From Ginglymostoma cirratum (taxonomy: Eukaryota), in the NCBI GenBank assembly GCA_024137785.1, contig JAHRHZ010000282.1, positions 248,001 to 312,000 on the forward strand: 64,000 nucleotides of DNA. The letters are read 5' to 3'. How positions within the stretch are numbered: position 1 is the stretch's first letter; each line of letters starts with the position of its first letter. This document shows positions 61,654 through 64,000 of the stretch, piece by piece. The notes below the pieces were generated by a model. It had not been told where the DNA came from and ran no database searches. It saw only the letters and a list, made by a program, of their open reading frames with translations. Position numbers and translations under genes: made by a program.

Positions 61654-64000
61654 CTGTTGTAACAAACTGATAGTCTTCTCGAAAGCCCTCACCTGAGCTT
61701 TGTGTTTGAACTGAAACTTCCCTCATTTATTCAACGTCTGCGTCTCGAGAGGTTCAATTAATTTCGAACATATACCTGAATTTCGGTTCAGTGAACAAAC
61801 ATTTTAACTCATGGTTTCACATATTCCATATAACATTGGGAGGATGCACAATTACATACACTTTATATGCAAACAGCTGTGTGCAAATTCTGAAGCCCCC
61901 TTCCACGTGTTTTGTTGCCTCGATCAAACTGAGTCCCGATGGCAAAATTTGAGCTGAGGCTCGATGCCTAATATGAAAAAAATCTCAGACGTTCTCTGCG
62001 ATTATCCCAATTGTTTCGTATGTTTAGCAGTCAGATTATTTAAAGATTTTCATACCATGGTAGTGTTATTTTAACATTCGTCTGTATTTACAACTGGACA
62101 GTTTGAAATAATGTTTTACCAATATGGGGTGATGCCTGAGGAGGAGGCCAACTCTTGCAAATTCTTTGGCAAGTGAGAACAGAATACTTCTTGCATGAAA
62201 GGTTGGTAGATCCCTGGACTAGACGAGATGCGTTCCAAATTCTTGAACGATGTGTCTGGAGAGACGATGAGTGTCTTGATGGTTATCGTTGGAAGCTTGA
62301 GAAATTCCAGAAATGTTCCTGGGGAGAGGAAAGGTACAACTATTTAAGAAGGGCGGGTGAAGATATATTTAACTAAGATGGGTTCAGTGTCAGCAACAGG
62401 GAAAATGTCAAATCATATAATAAAGCAGATGATAAGTAGGCACTTCGAAAATAATGACATAACAGTGCTGAGTCAACGTGGAGCTATAAACAGGAAATAG
62501 TTTTAGCCAAACTCACTCGAATTCGTTTGAATTGGTTAGTTGGAGATCTGATAAATGTACACCGATTTCGTATATTTGAACATTTGAAAACTTTGGATAA
62601 CATCCCACAAGGAAGGCGGGAAATAAAATTAGAGAATCCTAGATTAACGTTAATACACTGCCATTAATTAATACGTCGAAATGAAACAGCAAAAATAAAT
62701 GTATCATTTTGAGGTCGCCAACCACTAATAGTGGGAGTGACACAATTACCTACATTGGGAAACAGAGTTTGACTTTCTACATAATGATTGTGTGTGGGAA
62801 TCAATCATAATATTCCTAATTTTACTGACGCCATAAAACTGGTTTGAAACCTACTTCTTGTAAGCCTCAGGGAGGATTGAATGGGACCAAGGCAGACTAC
62901 CTATATGGAAATGAACCTGGCAAATGGTACATAATATGATTAATTGCGACGTTATCCACATTAGTTTCAAATACAGAAAGCAGAATTTTCTCAAATTGTG
63001 AAATATGGGTAGTAGAGGCGTTTAAAGGGATCAGGGACTCCTTGTCCATGAGTCACTATAAGCTAGCTGTCTGGTGAAGGATGCAATTAGGTCAGCAGAT
63101 GAAAATATGGTCTTCATTGCAAGATGAATAGAATACAAGAGTCAAGGCATCGTGCTGAAGTTGTGCACAGCCTTGGTGTATGCTGGGAACTCAGGAAAAA
63201 GCCAACACAGATTGGCTACTCAGCACGTCTGGGTAAAGATGGGGGCCAACAGTTCAAACTTGCCTTCAGCACTAATTTTCTGGCCTCCTCTAGTTTTGAA
63301 TAAAGGGACCTTTCTTGCCTCTATCTAATATGAACTAGATTAAGCACGATTAACGATTTATTCATGTCTGTGTAAAAATAACTGCAAATTTCACATATTC
63401 AATAACTTGTCTCCATCTAGATGATTCATACTTTAGTCTGGAATATATTGAAAAACCAAATCATGCGTTTTGGATATACTTTCCTCCAAAATTTATGTGA
63501 TGCAACTTGGGAATGAAATGTGGGCCCTCGGTAAAATTGAGACGAGCCCTGTTTTAATCGCCCAAAATCTCTGTTCTCTGCCTGTGTTGGGTTTTCACCT
63601 CGACCTGAATAATTTACGTAATCTTTACCCTCCGAGATTTTTCGAGGATATTCTGTGTTTGCTTGCGTTTTAACTCACCCTAATGAAATTGCACTAGTTA
63701 CTGACACTAAGACAATTTCAGCATGTACTTATTGTATCAGTGCTGTACCAGGTCCCCATTATGATTTAACCTTTCCCTGCTTCCTTGATTTGTAGGCATG
63801 GTTGTGCCAGTGTTAGTAAGGCCATGATACTTGTTTTATGAATCTCTGTCGCCTTTACTATCAATTTAGCTTCGGTCTGTGTTGGTGTTTGAACCAAACC
63901 TTCTAAAAAAATTGATTAATTCTTGCCACACACTCGTGTGCATTCTACATATGTCTTTGCCTCAGATTGTGTTCTTCAAGGAACAGATTATGTTAGTTGT

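Larger units (their letters stand above)
50850..64000 (+). repeat. Segmental duplication copy B (intact TCR V + intact GPCR)
   Basis: Colinear with 1-13890; see copy A. Confidence 0.93.

Overview
Eukaryotic, repeat-rich vertebrate DNA. It is almost certainly part of a shark (cartilaginous fish) T-cell receptor alpha/delta V-segment array. It holds about eight TCR V segments in both orientations, most with 23-spacer RSSs. Only one appears intact (leader 52967-53018, V exon 53467-53770). A complete but disabled NAR-TCR cassette lies on the minus strand: leader, IgNAR-like V, D, J, then a leaderless supporting V-delta with a CDR1 cysteine (28327-32688). Three GPR139-like class A GPCR genes (minus strand; two with both exons located) are interleaved among the V segments: one intact (60014-61653, 321 aa) and two pseudogenes. 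A ~13-14 kb module (TCR V plus GPCR) is directly duplicated (1-13890 vs ~50850-64000). Both genes are dead in the first copy and both are intact in the second. Other notable items are an intronless leader-V segment with a good RSS, a tandem array of 23-RSSs, an LTR gag/C2H2 zinc-finger in-frame chimera, and Penelope foldbacks carrying minimal hammerhead ribozyme cores. There are also many CR1/Tx1 LINEs, SINEs, a solo LTR and three assembly gaps. All calls were read by eye; no database searches were run.
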